A DNA stretch of 64,000 bases from Phallusia mammillata (GCA_965637545.1 OZ281494.1:13330001-13394000), one strand, 5' to 3'. Shown: positions 1-16,984, numbered from the stretch's first letter. A program made the numbers and translations. Notes: a model not told the origin generated them from the letters alone.

Positions 1-3000
1 GTGGTGGATTTCAGATGGAAGGAAGTGTCTTTTATTACGGTCAAGTTCTCTGTGGGCTGAAAGACGTAGTGCTAGTTGTTCCGAATTATCGTTTAAACGC
101 TTTCGGGGTTTGGGATCTTGGCAAAAGTTCCAAATGGACCGGAAACATGGGCCTGCTTGATCAAATTATGGCACTAAAGTGAGTTTAGACTTTCTAAATC
201 ATGGTTCACATTGACCGTTTGTTTGTTAGGATAAGAAAACTAGATTATCACAAAAATTGCTTTACTTTAGTACTTATCGGCAAATTTAGGCTTTATAGTT
301 GCTTGTTGTCTCACTCTAAAGCCGTATACATTGATGACAAAGTTTCGCGTTTTTACGAAATCATGCACACGTTTTAAACATTATGCATGTCGCTATTTCG
401 CTTGTCATGTTTAAACAATCAGTAACTTCATTTTAACATACACTACTTAGTATTTGCACAAAGAAGCGAGTAAGTGTGCTTTTAAAACTTCAATTTCTAT
501 GGATTTTACGGCACAGACAAAGTAAACTTAATTAGTATTCCGCACGTTTCAACTTCACATACTAGTTTAAATTTTTGAACTATAGTGTAATGATTTATGA
601 AACTTGTTTCTACTATTTAATATTTATTTGTTTTTATTTTGAGTTGCTTAATTGGTTTAAATGCAAGGTATTATTTGGACTTGCCATACCTGATCTTTTT
701 AGGTGGACTAAGGAAAATATTAGAAACTTTGGAGGCAATCCGAATAATGTGAAACTTTTTGGTGAAAGTGCGGGTGCAATTTCAGTTGGAATGCACGTCA
801 TTTCTCCAATGACACGTGGTTTGTTTCACAAAGCAATAAGTCACAGCGTAAGTAAAATTACTTCTTTTTACAAATATATATATATTTACATACTGTTTTA
901 TTAATGCAATCAATAAATATAAACTTTGGGCGTTGTTTGAAGCACTTGTGTTTGAGGATCAATCAAAAACACTTAAATCAATGCTGGATAAGTTGAAAAT
1001 CACGGAAACGGAACCGAATTCCATCATGAAAAAACTAAAGGCGCTTTCGGCTGAAGCTATCATGGATGCCCAGGATATTGTAATTTATATGCACGGAGAG
1101 TAAACAAGTATTTGCAAAAATACGTGTTGAAGCTTGCAGCTCATGGCCTTTCATTGCTTGTTTTAGTAAAATTTATGTTTGAGCATGTCGCAAAGCAAAA
1201 AAGCAAAGGTAAAAAAAATATAAATAACTTGTTGAAACACCCTCCAATACAATGACAATAACACCACTATAACTTAACTAGGAAATCATTGTATTACGCC
1301 AGGCCCATTAAAGGCGCAATACTGAATCAACCGGTCTCCAAATGTTTCCACATATACTAACCTGCGGTGGGATTAACCCACAAATTGAGACTTGGAAAGT
1401 TGGGCAAAAGCGGAGTCACAAGCAGCACATGTCAGCTTCGTAGTAGGAAGATGTACTATGATTTACATATAAGTGTGCCGTGATTGCTGGTCTGCATCGA
1501 CGCTTCAGAGCTAATCCCAGTGTTGAATTTATGTTTAGGAGAGTAACGTGTTTTTCGGCGTGACGTTCTGAAATGAGTTTCTTCCCAAACATCCGCAAGT
1601 TCTTTTAAGGAAAGGAAACTTTGCTCCGGTGCCATACATTATTGGTTGCAATAACAGTGAAGGATACGGGATCATGGCAAGCGACTTTCCTCCTGGCTTT
1701 AGGGACGGATACGACAAAAAACTTGGAGAGCAAATGGCTAAGAGAATTTTGACTCTGTCTGTGAAGGTATAGTACGCGATTTCGGTCTATTTGACTTCGA
1801 TATATTTTTTCAGAAAATTTGACAATCTTGTAGCATTCGTACCCTGCTTTCTCCTCTTATCACACTTTCAAACTTACCACCCCCAGACACATTTACCAAA
1901 GTAAAGAAAGAGTCGTCTTTATTCATTTTAGCCCGAAAAAATCGAACAAGCATGGAAGTTGGTTGAAAAACGATTTGCCACCGCATTTCCCGCCGATGAC
2001 CAATTTTGATGGCGCAAAATTGTCGGCTGTGTAATTGCTGAAATGACGTTTGTAGCGCCATCTATTGAGCAAGCAATGGCTCACGCAGGTGAACACTAGT
2101 CTATAACTTTGCTGCGCTGAAACATTTGTGAGTGTGTTGTTGTGCCTTTAGAACGATGTATATACTTCCAAGTGAAATCGATCTACTTTTTGAATGTCCC
2201 ATTCGAAGCACATTGTTATGATAGTAGTAGCATCGTTTAAATTTGTTTCAGACAAAGGTCATCAAACCTATATGTATTGGATGGCGCACAAAACCAGGTC
2301 TGGACACGAAGAAGAATTTAGCGGCGGTTGGAAAGGTAAAGCACCATTTTGTGAGGCTGACCATACAGATGATATTCCTTTTACATTTGGAATTCCTATG
2401 GCAAAAGGAAAGTTGGAACCCCCGGTGAAATTTAGCGACGAAGAAAAACAGCTTTCTAACGACTGGATGGACTGCTTAGTCAATTGTGCCAGAAATGGGT
2501 ACGTTACTAGTTGAAACATTTTTATTTTGCAAAAAGAAACGTTTATTAGAGATCTATCCGAGCGTCAAATGTAGCCCGTCACAGCGTTTTCATTGAACCA
2601 GTAAATGCTAGCTTTTTTGACACATTGAAAAGTATGACCCTTCACTTAATGCGGTCTTCTCAATGTGCACCCGATCCAAGTTAGTCACCCGCCCATATGG
2701 ATTAACAAAGATAAGGAGTTATTTTTTGTTCGTAGCTTTTTAGTCATAGACCAGTGGTTCTTAATAGCGATGTACCGAATCGGCGAAATTTCGATTCGGC
2801 CGAAACCGAATATTCGGCGGTTTTGCCGAATAAATTCGGCCGAATCAACCGAATCATTTCTGACGTCACGCGAAGTCGTACGGTACGCGTTTGACATGAA
2901 AACATAAGTTTATCTACCAGGCAATTAGTGCAGAATGGTTGTGTTTCGTCCTTATTTCAGTTCTGTGCAGTTTAACATTGCCTTAAGCATAATTTCCAAC

Positions 3001-3795
3001 CCGGCAATGAATTACTATTTAGTTGTCTGCAGTGGGGAAAACGATAAAAAAACGAAATGTGGCTTTAAAAGTGTGTTCATAAAAGAACTAGAGATGTACC
3101 GAATATTCGGTTTGCCGAATTTATTCGGCCGATCGGCCAGTTTTGCAAAGATTCGGTTTCGGCCGAATAATTTGTTGCGATTCGGCCGAAACCGAATCTT
3201 TTACGAGCACATATTCATAACGTTAAACTTGTCTTTTCTGCTTAGTACCAACGAAAATCGCGCCAATCATTATATTTTTTAACACATTATCGTTTTCCCA
3301 CTGCAGACAACTAATCAGTAATTCATTGTCGGGTAGGCAATCATGCTTGAGGCAATGTTAAACCCAACAGAACTGAAATAAGGACAAAACACAACCATTC
3401 TGCACTAATTGCCTGGTAGATAAACTTATATTTTCATGTCAAACGTGTGGCGTACTACTTCGCGTGACGTCATAAATGATTCGGTTGATTCGGCCGAATT
3501 TATTCGGCAAAACCACCGAATATTCGGTTTCGGCCGAATCGAAATTTCGCCGATTCGGTACATCACTCTTAAGAACCACTGGCATAGACAAACAATTTTA
3601 ATCGGTCTTTTTAAACTGTCTGTACACATTTTATTATGTAGTGATCTGCACAAGGGTGAGAATATGACAATTGAATGGCCTACGTATGAAGTCAATACTC
3701 GTCGACACTTGGTGTTTAAAAGTCTTTTCACAGTTGATTCCAACTTGTTGTCGGATCGATATGAGTTCTGGATGGAAACGTTGCGAAATTTGTAG
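1..3795 (+). pseudogene. Carboxylesterase pseudogene CES-A (5' end outside window); recent duplicate of CES-C
   Basis: Exons <1-178, 703-847, 943-1079, 1539-1766, 1932-2088, 2252-2498, 3642-3795 match CES-C exons (GESAG, GCNNSEG, EADHTDD motifs). Lesions: 19-nt deletion at the end of exon 4 (145 vs 164 nt, frameshift) and in-frame TGA at 1569-1571 and 2007-2009. Confidence 0.9.
2752..3581. mobile_element. Foldback/composite MITE with ~295-bp inverted arms in the last intron of CES-A
   Basis: Ends CAGTGGTTCTTAA / TTAAGAACCACTG. Arms 2752-~3047 and ~3287-3581 are near reverse complements. 8-bp flanks TCATAGAC / GCATAGAC. Absent from the matching CES-C intron. Confidence 0.85.
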
Positions 3796-4041
3796 AAAAG
3801 CCTGAATGTTTATTTGTGTTTTTCTTATGATAAACCACAGCTAGAGTATTTTTGAGTATTTTTTTTTTTTTGGAACTGGAACGCATTTTTTGTATGCAAT
3901 CAAACTTAATTTAAAAAAGCACGGAGTCATTACACACCAAGCTAGCAGCAGTTACTGTACCCAGTTTCGACCTGTAAGGTTTCGTCACTTCAGCTGGTGA
4001 CAAGACATTACCTGCACATGTTAGTGTAGCTAGGTTACAAC

Positions 4042-4540
4042 CAGTGTTTCATACCGGAACGGAACGAAACCAAATAACGTTGTTCGTTCTGAGCAAATTA
4101 TTTATTTCGTTCTGGACCGATATTTTCATTTCGATCCGGTCTAACCGAAATAAATTTATAACGGTATTTTTCGGTATTTCGGTCTTAACAAACGAACGTT
4201 TCTTTGTGGTCTTTGCAACTATTAAGCGAAAAAAGGAAGAAAGTTGCAACACACAAAAATTATTGTCGGTAGTTGTTACGTCACATAACATTTGTCAATG
4301 ATGGTCAATCGGATGTAAATTGTAGGAGCTTCAATTTTTATTATAGCTTAACGGCGCGAAATTTTTGAGCAATTGTATCATGTCAAATGTCCAGAACGAA
4401 ATACCGGAATAAAATTTAACGGTATTTCGTTCTGTTCCGGTATTTTAAATATTTTTTATTTCGGTATTTCGTTCCGGTATTTGAGCCAAAAAATATTTAT
4501 TTCGTTCCGGTATAACGTTCCGTTCCGGTATGAAACACTG
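4042..4540. mobile_element. hAT-type MITE
   Basis: TIR CAGTGTTTCATACCGGAACGGAACG at both ends. Perfect 8-bp TSD GTTACAAC (4034-4041, 4541-4548). Empty site in the paralogous region near 15750. Confidence 0.9.
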
Positions 4541-4676
4541 GTTACAACACTCCTGTTTATTAAGATAAACATGCTGAAAAAGACAGGCCTAACATTTGTT
4601 CAAACCACCAGAGGCACTGTTTCCACTGAATTTTGTTCGTCTTAAGAAGGAAAGTAGGTATACATTATCGTGTTTA

Positions 4677-4759
4677 TTACTTATGCGCAATAAAACCCAG
4701 AGCTGCATTTTTCTGATACTGAAATAGGTCTTTTATTTCTTTAATGACTTCGGTGTCAT
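4677..4759 (-). pseudogene. Relic last exon of an antimicrobial-peptide-family gene
   Basis: Acceptor tgtgtcatttgtttcag then AT GAC ACC GAA GTC ATT AAA GAA ATA AAA GAC CTA (DDTEVIKEIKDLF...), homologous to DDIELIEEMEDLLY of the copies at 25-40 kb. Original stop lost; no intact upstream exons found. Confidence 0.65.
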
Positions 4760-4975
4760 CTGAAACAAATGACACACATAGTAGTTTTCTTTATAACAAA
4801 CTACTCCATTTATTTTGAGTAACTCACCCCTAAAAAATCATGGTTCAAAATGCTTTTTTTAATTTCTAAACGTTGGGTCACTGTTTGTTAGTTATTGTCA
4901 GTCATGAGGAATGATATCTACAGTGTGAACATTATGCAAACGGTAACTTTACGTAACAGTTTAAACTCTTTACGC

Positions 4976-5212
4976 CAGTGGTCGGCAACCGCCGGTCCGC
5001 GGCCCGGTGCTGGTCTGCGAGGAGTTCGTTACCGGGCCGTAAAATTTTTCAGGTTTAATGCTATAAAACATTTTGCCCATGTATCCCGGGGATGATAAAC
5101 TAATTTAAGCGTTTTTATTGCTAAATGTTTGCATTTTTTTTTAAAGACCGGTCCGCGATAAAATTTGAGTTTCAAAAACGGTCCGCAGTGCAAAAAAGGT
5201 TGCCGACCCCCG
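4976..5212. mobile_element. hAT-type MITE
   Basis: CAGTGGTCGGCAACC ... GGTTGCCGACCCCCG. 8-bp flanks CTTTACGC / CTCTACGC. Confidence 0.8.
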
Positions 5213-5223
5213 CTCTACGCTAC

Positions 5224-5402
5224 CAGTGGTGGAATTCAGCTAGTTCGCACCGGTTCTACACAACGGTCTCACGAAATTTTATGAGATCAGCGAACCGGTC
5301 AGCATTACCGGTTACTGTTAATGGACTTTTTGTAACAGAACCGACTGAAAAATATGACCTTTTAATGGAACCGGCTGACAAAAAAATTGAATCCCACCAT
5401 TG
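5224..5402. mobile_element. MITE (same family as 22578-22756)
   Basis: CAGTGGTGGAATTC ... GAATCCCACCATTG. Body nearly identical to 22578-22756. TSD not recognisable. Confidence 0.8.
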
Positions 5403-6320
5403 CCTTTAAGTGCAAAACGTATCGTTTTGTTTACTGAAAAAACTATATTCTCGAGGTTTTGTCTAAGTTGACCCCTATCTATTTAATCTGCTTTAGGTTT
5501 CCACACAACCTCTTTTTGTGAGATTTGTCAATTGTCACGTATTACCCTTTGCAACTAACCAACTATCAGCGCGGATGGAAGTTTGTTGGCAAATTGGTTA
5601 CCTGGGGCATGAGTGCACCGGCGTTGATTGCACTATCGAAAAGCTTTGCGTTGTCGGCGAAGTATTACAAGAGCTTTACTGTTAACTCTTGGCAGGCCAG
5701 TTAGCATGCATCTTTACCGTGTGTGAATTTCTGATTTAAAAGTGTCGACTGAAAATAGTAAGGTGACTAGTATGATTTTTGAAATTCCGCAAGTTCTTTA
5801 TCGCCATTCTGGAATACATGCAACATTGACACAAAAGTATTATGAAATTGGACTGCCAATATCCAAAGGTAGAATCGTTGTTTTTCTGGTAGATTTTTAT
5901 GACTAAATTTCCAATAACATCCGGGTTTCTCAATTTTTTTTTATTATTTAGAATAATCAATAAATACATATACCAATATATACATAAAGAAGTCATAAAT
6001 AAAGCTAATTGCTGGTTTGAAGGTTTTTATGTCCATATCTAGACTGCTGTTAGGCTATATGTGCGACTACGCGTTTTACTCAACACTGATAGACATCAAC
6101 TGTTTATATCGGTTTTTGTTACCGTCGTCAGCAGAGTGAACCACAATTGGTACACAAATATCGACAAACAATAGCAAATTACTTTTAAATTGGCGCATGT
6201 TTATCAGCAATCGTCATTAAACAATGTCTTCCATTTTCATTAAACAATTTCTTCCATTTTCAGTTAAAATAACAAAACTGTCAACGTTAAAACATTGCTT
6301 AAACGGTTTACTTGGGTCAA

Positions 6321-9300
6321 CTAGCTGATGACTCCACATAGTGTGTCCATCCAAAAATCGTAACGATCAGCAATGAGTTTTTCACCCACGGAGAAGGGAA
6401 TGCGCACAAGCAAATGTCGGCGATTACTCCCATCGTACTGCGGCCATTCAGCTGCCATATCCACGCCTTTATTGGGATTGCTGAAAAAATGTGTTGACTT
6501 ATTAGTTAAGGTTTAGAAGAAAACAAAACACCCAAGAAACATGTTTGTATGTAATATTTCTATGCTTCCCGCCATTTTCAAGTATTTACGAGTTGTACTA
6601 CAATGTCACTCTGTGACGTCATAGACGATTGTATTTTGGAAAATTAACAGGGCCATTCCACAACACAGCTTGCTGAAGAAAAGGCACATCTTAAAGTGTT
6701 AATTGTAAACTCGCGAAAAAGTTAAGTTGTGTCACCTGTGGTCTGTAGTCAGTTGGTAAGTGTATAGTGATTTGTGAAAGCTACTGGTGCTGTTTTTTTT
6801 TGGTTGAACTATAGCAATCTATTTCTTTGTTTTTTTGTAGCCATATCTATGTAGTATCTATGAGCCATATTGGGAAAAACGAAAGAACTTGGTTGGGCAT
6901 TTTTTTGTGTTAACTTGTATTTAAAATCCAAACCGTAGCCTACCAACATCTGATGTCTACCAAGAAGACTAGAACATGTGTAGTTTGGGTTTCCAAGTTC
7001 TAAGAATGCTTGTTATACAGTAACTGAAAAAGTTGACAGCCGCGTTTTTAAAGTTTACAACATTATAACATTTGTTATTGTTTTTGGCCCCCAATGACAT
7101 CCGTTTTTTTACACAGTGTTATTTACCCTGATGAAGACGACCTGTATAGGACGTCGAAACGTCGGAATAAAATCACATTTGCCAGAAGAGCTCTTTAAAC
7201 TTAATACTATGCCTGGCAGCAATAGCTTATAGATTAAATCATTGTTGCCTTGTATTGGTAGTTACTTGAACCCTTTTTTGCGCATCAAATGACTAGTAAA
7301 AAAATTGTGTTATCAATAAGATTGGAAAAAACAAACATGAAACAAATTTGTTTTAGGGTATTGTTACAATATAACATAGGCCTATACACTAATCAATAAT
7401 AAACTGACTTATTGCATGATACGTTTGTTTAGGCATAACCATACCCAGTCTGGGCAAAATTCGTGATGTAGTCTATCCACAACTTGGACAGTTCTTCTTC
7501 TTCCGTACTAAACCTGATTGGTGGGGTGATTATGCCATTTGCAAACGGTTCTCCAAACGTTAGAGAAACGTCGTCCCCATGATCAGCTTCACAAAAGTCC
7601 GGTTTTCCTTTGTAACCCCCACTAAACTCCTCTTCGTGCTGCCACCTCATTTGATGAGTCATTAAATACATGTAAGTCTTATAACCTTTACCTGAGAGAA
7701 AATTGTTTTTTAGTTTTTTGACAAATTTAACCAATAGCATATCCTAGCAAAATAGAAATTATGTGTAGCTTTATATCGCCCGTTTGGAAATTGTAGTATC
7801 TATATTGACGTGCTATTGGAATTGGCATGTTGTTTGACGGACCCGAATTCGTTATGCCAGATTTAAAACTGATTCGAAAACATATTTGTCAAACTTGAAG
7901 CGACACGCTCAGTTTACAGCATGGCAGTCAGCGTTTGGAAAAACAAAGGTTTGTAAGTTCACTTCATTTTATACACGGTATGTTTAAGTTAGGTTTTTAA
8001 AGTTCTTTATAGCATTTTTGCACGTATGCTCGTAAGCAAAAACGCAGTAAGTAACGAGTGAAGTTAGGGTCAAGAAAGAGTTTGCAATGTTATGCGGTTT
8101 CTGTTGGCAGTACAGAAATCATCTTCAACGTTTAATGTTTAACGAAACAACCACACCTGCATGGGCTTGGGATTGTTGAACGGCCGGTGTCACAAACCAA
8201 GTCTCCGCGATAATGGAACCAAGTATTTTACTCCACCTCTGCTTGTCATCAGCTGGAAATACACTCTCAAACTTTTTCTCAATTTTTTGCCAAGCTGATC
8301 GAATTTTGTCTGGCTGAAAACAAAACATCAAGCAGATGTATAATATTGCTTAAAGAATCGGCAAAGTCTTACACAACGTCTAGTTCAGTGGTTCTCAAAC
8401 TTTTTTATTGTCGGGGCCAAATGGTATTTTTTAAGTGTGTAGGGAGCCGCAAAAAAACGAAACTTTGAGAAAATCAATAAAGAAGATGACTTTGAAAGCT
8501 AAAATAGCAATGTTTGGTGGTTTTGTGAGGTCTGATGCGAGCCGCAATGCAGTTGGGAGCCGCATGCGGCCCCGAAACCGGAGTTTGAGAACCACTGGTC
8601 CAGTTTCACCAAATTTCTAATTTACTATGGTAAAATCAGCGTAATCCCAAACGGCTGTGAAAAGCACTGCTTACCTCTAAAGTGAGAGCTAACATTCCAT
8701 GACAAAGTTCGATCGCTGTTTTTCTGTCATATCCTTCAGCAAATCCTGGTGGGAAGTCTTCACTGAGGAGACCATATCCTTCTGTGTTGTTACAACCAAT
8801 TATGTAGGGGACGGGAGCAAAGTCTCCTTTCTGAAGAAGAGCGTTAGGCGTCTCCGGAAGAAAATCGTCACCAGCAGTAGGGGAAAATATCTGGTACTTT
8901 TGCTTAATAGAAAACATAAAGTTTATGCTCAATCTTTACATCTTTTCCAAGAAGTTTTGTACAAAATTAGGCTTTTACCGCATCCAAACTGCTGAGAACT
9001 TTTTCTGCTGGCAGCGCCTTGAGTTTCTGCATAATAGCCTCGGGTTCCGAGTCGGTGATACCAAGATTTTCTAACATAAGTTTCAATGTCGCGGACTGGT
9101 CTTTCTTTAACACTACGGAACAAAAGATATATTTTGTCAAATGATCATTTGATACAGAACGTTTTTATCATTATCGAAGTTTAAATAAGTTACATTTGAT
9201 GTAATAGAAGACTTCATAATGTAAGGCTTGGGCAAAGCATTTTAAAATATTATTCGACTGTGTCACTTACTAGGACAGTTCGCGTTTCCACTGTGACTTA

Positions 9301-10629
9301 TTGCCTTGTGAAACAAACCGCGCGACATGGGTGAAACAACGTGAAGCCCAACCGAGATTGCGCCAGCACTTTCCCCGAAAATCGTTACATTATCGGGATT
9401 GCCGCCAAAGTTTCTGATGTGTTCCTTTGTCCACCTTTATGCAGGAATATGGTAAATGTATGTCGTTTTTTTATGCTCATTTAGAAACCAGTCTAGTGCA
9501 GACAAGTTGAAAAGTCACTAACCGATTTTGTTTTCACAAAATGTTGTAAATATGTCATCTATTTACCTCATTGCCATGACCTGGTCCTTGAGCCCCATGT
9601 TTCCTTTCCATTTTGTGTCTTTTCCCAGGTCAAAAAAGCCAAAGATGTTAACCCGGTAATTGGGCACAACCAACACGACATCTTTCATTCCACATAGCAC
9701 TTGTCCATTGTAATAAGGGCTACCACCCATTACAAAACCGCCGCCGTATATCCAAAACAACACCTGAATATCAACACGTTTCAGTTGAAATAAAAAGACA
9801 GCATGTATATAGGAAGTTTTGTTTGGTTTACGTTAATAAAAAGCACAGAACTGCTTTTTGTACAGATACAAGTATAAAAACACAATGCTATTAGGCGAAC
9901 GGTAAGCGGAAAATCTCTTACTGGTAAGTTTGCGGTTTTGCTTGCATTGGGTGTAAACACGTTCAAGTACAGGCAATCTTCGCTAAATAGTTTCAGCTCT
10001 TCGTTTGAAACTTTTATAGTAGCTAGGCTATTAAATATTCTATCCACCATTTTGTGGTCCTGCATTGGACTTGGTATGCTTTGTGTTCCATCCAAAACGC
10101 CATCCCATTTCTCAGCCCTAAATGTTTAGAAAAGTTCATTAAATGCTTAATTTATTTCGACAAAAAATTGGCTAATCCTATAACCACGTCAATGAGAAGT
10201 GATTTTGAAACCTTAAATCCCATGTTCCGTTTGTTTATTGTGCGGTTGCCGTTGATATTTAAGAAAATGAATACATTGAATATTGTGACCAAGCATAAAC
10301 GGCGTTAGTCACAAAATTACCAGATGAACAACATTACTTTGTTTCCATATGGAGCCTACATTGATTCAACGTAATGCTTACATAGCGAGATTATTTACTT
10401 TTATGGTCAAATTACGTTTTTTTCCCCGTTTGCGAAGTAACCTTTATTATAATTTAAGATTTTCCACTTACTTTTGAGGTGGTTCAAACCGTAGTTCACC
10501 CAATGGAGGTTTAGCAAACGGAATTCGGGAGTACTGAAATACAGCTTGTGCGCCTCTGCATTTGGCTTTGGGCAAAACCAAGCCTTTCACTTTTCCCAGA
10601 CTTGTTTCGACGACAGGGCAGTCTCCCAT
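6321..10629 (-). CDS. Type-B carboxylesterase CES-B, 546 aa, intact
   Basis: Exons 10629-10472, 10117-9922, 9763-9567, 9434-9271, 9112-8979, 8902-8675, 8313-8157, 7691-7445, 6480-6321. All GT-AG, phases consistent, total 1641 nt. Motifs [47 protein letters not shown]. Confidence 0.93.
7119..7170 (+). ncRNA. Minimal type-I hammerhead ribozyme motif (Penelope-like element type)
   Basis: CTGATGA (7128-7134), A, stem II GACGACCT-gtat-AGGACGTC, GAAA (7156-7159), palindromic ACGT, GUC site (predicted cut after 7163). Stem I: CC/GG plus TTATT/AATAA. Confidence 0.75.
8386..8597. mobile_element. hAT-type MITE in CES-B intron 6
   Basis: CAGTGGTTCTCAAACT ... AGTTTGAGAACCACTG. 8-bp flanks GTCTAGTT / GTCCAGTT. 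Confidence 0.88.
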
Positions 10630-11474
10630 AATAAACTCTTATTCTAAACTTATATCTAGATTTTTGCGCAAATTTTTATTTAAGCTAAAAGATTTAGCAA
10701 AGCACAATTAAAGTTTATTATTCCTAAATCTAGTTTTTTATTCGACTTTTTTATCCCATCTACTGCTATATCGAATGTATTTTCTACTACTGGCTGTGGA
10801 CAACACAATGTCCGGTTTCTTTGGACTCTCCGTACCACAAAACTCTTATCACCACGCCTGTTCTGACTTATTTGCCTTGCTTGTGCGCGGCACACGTGAA
10901 CAAACAATCATAGAGCAAACAGAAAAACGATTGAATAGGTGGTTTATGCAATCGTGTCTAGCCTATGTTACACGATTTATGTTGCACAGTTGGGTCGCCC
11001 GCACTATACCCCTGGAGTAGTTTGGCATCAAAGTGTGATTTTATCTGGCCGTAACGTTGTGGGTGTAATTTCCAAATTTAAAAATACTGGTAGAAAATTC
11101 GACTGTTAAGAGATTCAGTAAGTTTTAATAAAACGATTTGTATGCTTTGCCTGTTTAGTCATAAAGTTTATTTTTTATTGCTGGTGTTTAAACATCAGCA
11201 ACGCATATAGCTTAATAACTGGCTCTTTCAATCGTCGAACATGTGTTTACAGAGTATTGTTTGCTCGGTTGACTTGCCCCAAAAGGTTCTATATGTTGAC
11301 GAAGTTTTGAACTTTGTGCCTATATGTGAAAACGAGGGTGTGCTATTTGTATTAATGATGTGTTAAACCTAAGATCGAGCGCAAATATAATGTAGTTTTG
11401 AGTTTCGAGTCGAAATTGTGCAAAATCATGTTTTTATGTTTTTGCATTTTGACAGAAGTAAAACTCACATCACA

Positions 11475-15399
<3,925 letters not shown>

Positions 15400-16984
15400 A
15401 AAAGCCTGAATGTTTATTTGTGTTTTTCCTCATGATAAAACACAGGTAAAGTATTTTTTTAAACATAATTTGTCACGGTAAATTCGTTGGCATTATTTAC
15501 TTATCAAATTCGTTTTTGTCTTAATTTACTTTGTTAGTGGTGTTTTTTCCGTACATTGTATTAAAAAAAAACACTAAAAGTAGTTTATTAGGTCGGCAAC
15601 TGTTTCGTGGTGAAAATTGTTTGGAACTGGAACGCAATTTTTGGTATGTAATCAAACTTAATTTTAAAAAAAGTGTGGAGTCATTACACACCAAGTTAGC
15701 GACAGTGAGTGCACGCGCGAGACATTAGCCGCACATGCGGGTATAGCTAGGTTACGACACTCCTGTTTATAAAGACAAACATGCTGAAAAAAAGGCCTCC
15801 ACATTTGTTCAAGCCACAACTGGACACAATCCACTAGAGGCACTGGTTCCGCTGAATTTGTTCGTCCATGCTTTCTGCAAATTTGTTCGTCCATACTTTC
15901 TGCAAAGCTGATTTTTCATCAACAGCGTTTAATCTTTGCAGAGTTACATGATTAAATAGTCATATATAGTCGGAGAATCAAGTCAACGCCAATCAAAATA
16001 ACATTGGTTTACAACTTCAACTAAACTTGGTTTGTGAACCAAATGTTTTAATTTACAAGTAAGATTTTCAGCAGCAATATCATTCTGGTACCTATGAATT
16101 TTCATGGCTCTTATTGTTACATTATCATAGTAAAATACTTTTTGACATGACAATTTACTGACCGCGCTTACATTTTGCCGCATAATACAATTTGCAACGA
16201 TAAGCATACGACTTTACTGAGATGTTTATTAGTGGTACTCTCAGTGGTAAAACGAAAAACGTTTATAAATCAGTATCAGAATGTTTAATAAATCAGTATC
16301 AGATAATCGCCGTTCTTAAACACAGCTGGAAGTTAAACGAGTTTGTTAGCTCTCCTTTGGTTTCCCTTGGACAAAAACTAGAATGTTCAATATTATATTT
16401 TCCTCAAATTATTTTATCTTTTCGTTTTGAAAACACTGTCGTTCTTACAACTACAAAAAAGCATTAACATGTTGTCTGTTACTTAAAATGTGAGCCTTGC
16501 GCAGGGCCAAGCAAACCTGTAGTTTTAGATGTTATTGCCAACATACTGGATACCTCAAAATGAAAATGATTTCGATCCCAGTTAGAAAATTCTCTGGTCT
16601 TTTTGGAACCATGATATGTCACAACTCTTGGCGTATAAACTCACGTGTATTTTAGTTACCACTGTTTCATGATACGTTTATGAGTCCTTGGGTCCCCAAA
16701 ATTTCGTGCCTATAATTATTTGATCTTTCAAAATAAAAATGACTACGCGTGTCAACATTTACTACGAACTTGAAGTTTGCGCAATTGTTAGTTATCAAAA
16801 AACAGACAGGTCGGTGCGCATTAACTTGAAAAAATCAAACGTGGCTCGTAACATCTTAGGCTAAAAACGGTTGAATATTTGGACTGTTTTCATAAAAAAA
16901 CTTTTTTTTTGTAACAAAAAGTCAAAATACGTTTCTAAGGGGCTAGATATAATATTTTATTTTGCGCTTAGAAGATATTTCAGT

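Noticed and set aside
2770-3560. TTCGGCCGAA / CCGAAT repeats as a CRISPR array
   Set aside because: They are subterminal repeats in inverted orientation inside a MITE, with no regular repeat-spacer periodicity and no cas genes.
3950-4005. Hammerhead-like string on the minus strand (CTGAAGTGAC...GGTCGAAACTGGGTA)
   Set aside because: Core reads CUGAAGU rather than CUGANGA, and no convincing stem I forms; at best a decayed fragment.
6321-6340. CES-B C-terminus LCGVIS as a CaaX prenylation signal
   Set aside because: Cys is at -5, not -4.
15855-15905. 25-bp tandem duplication (and a 19-bp direct repeat at 18971/19021)
   Set aside because: Simple local slippage duplications with no further structure.
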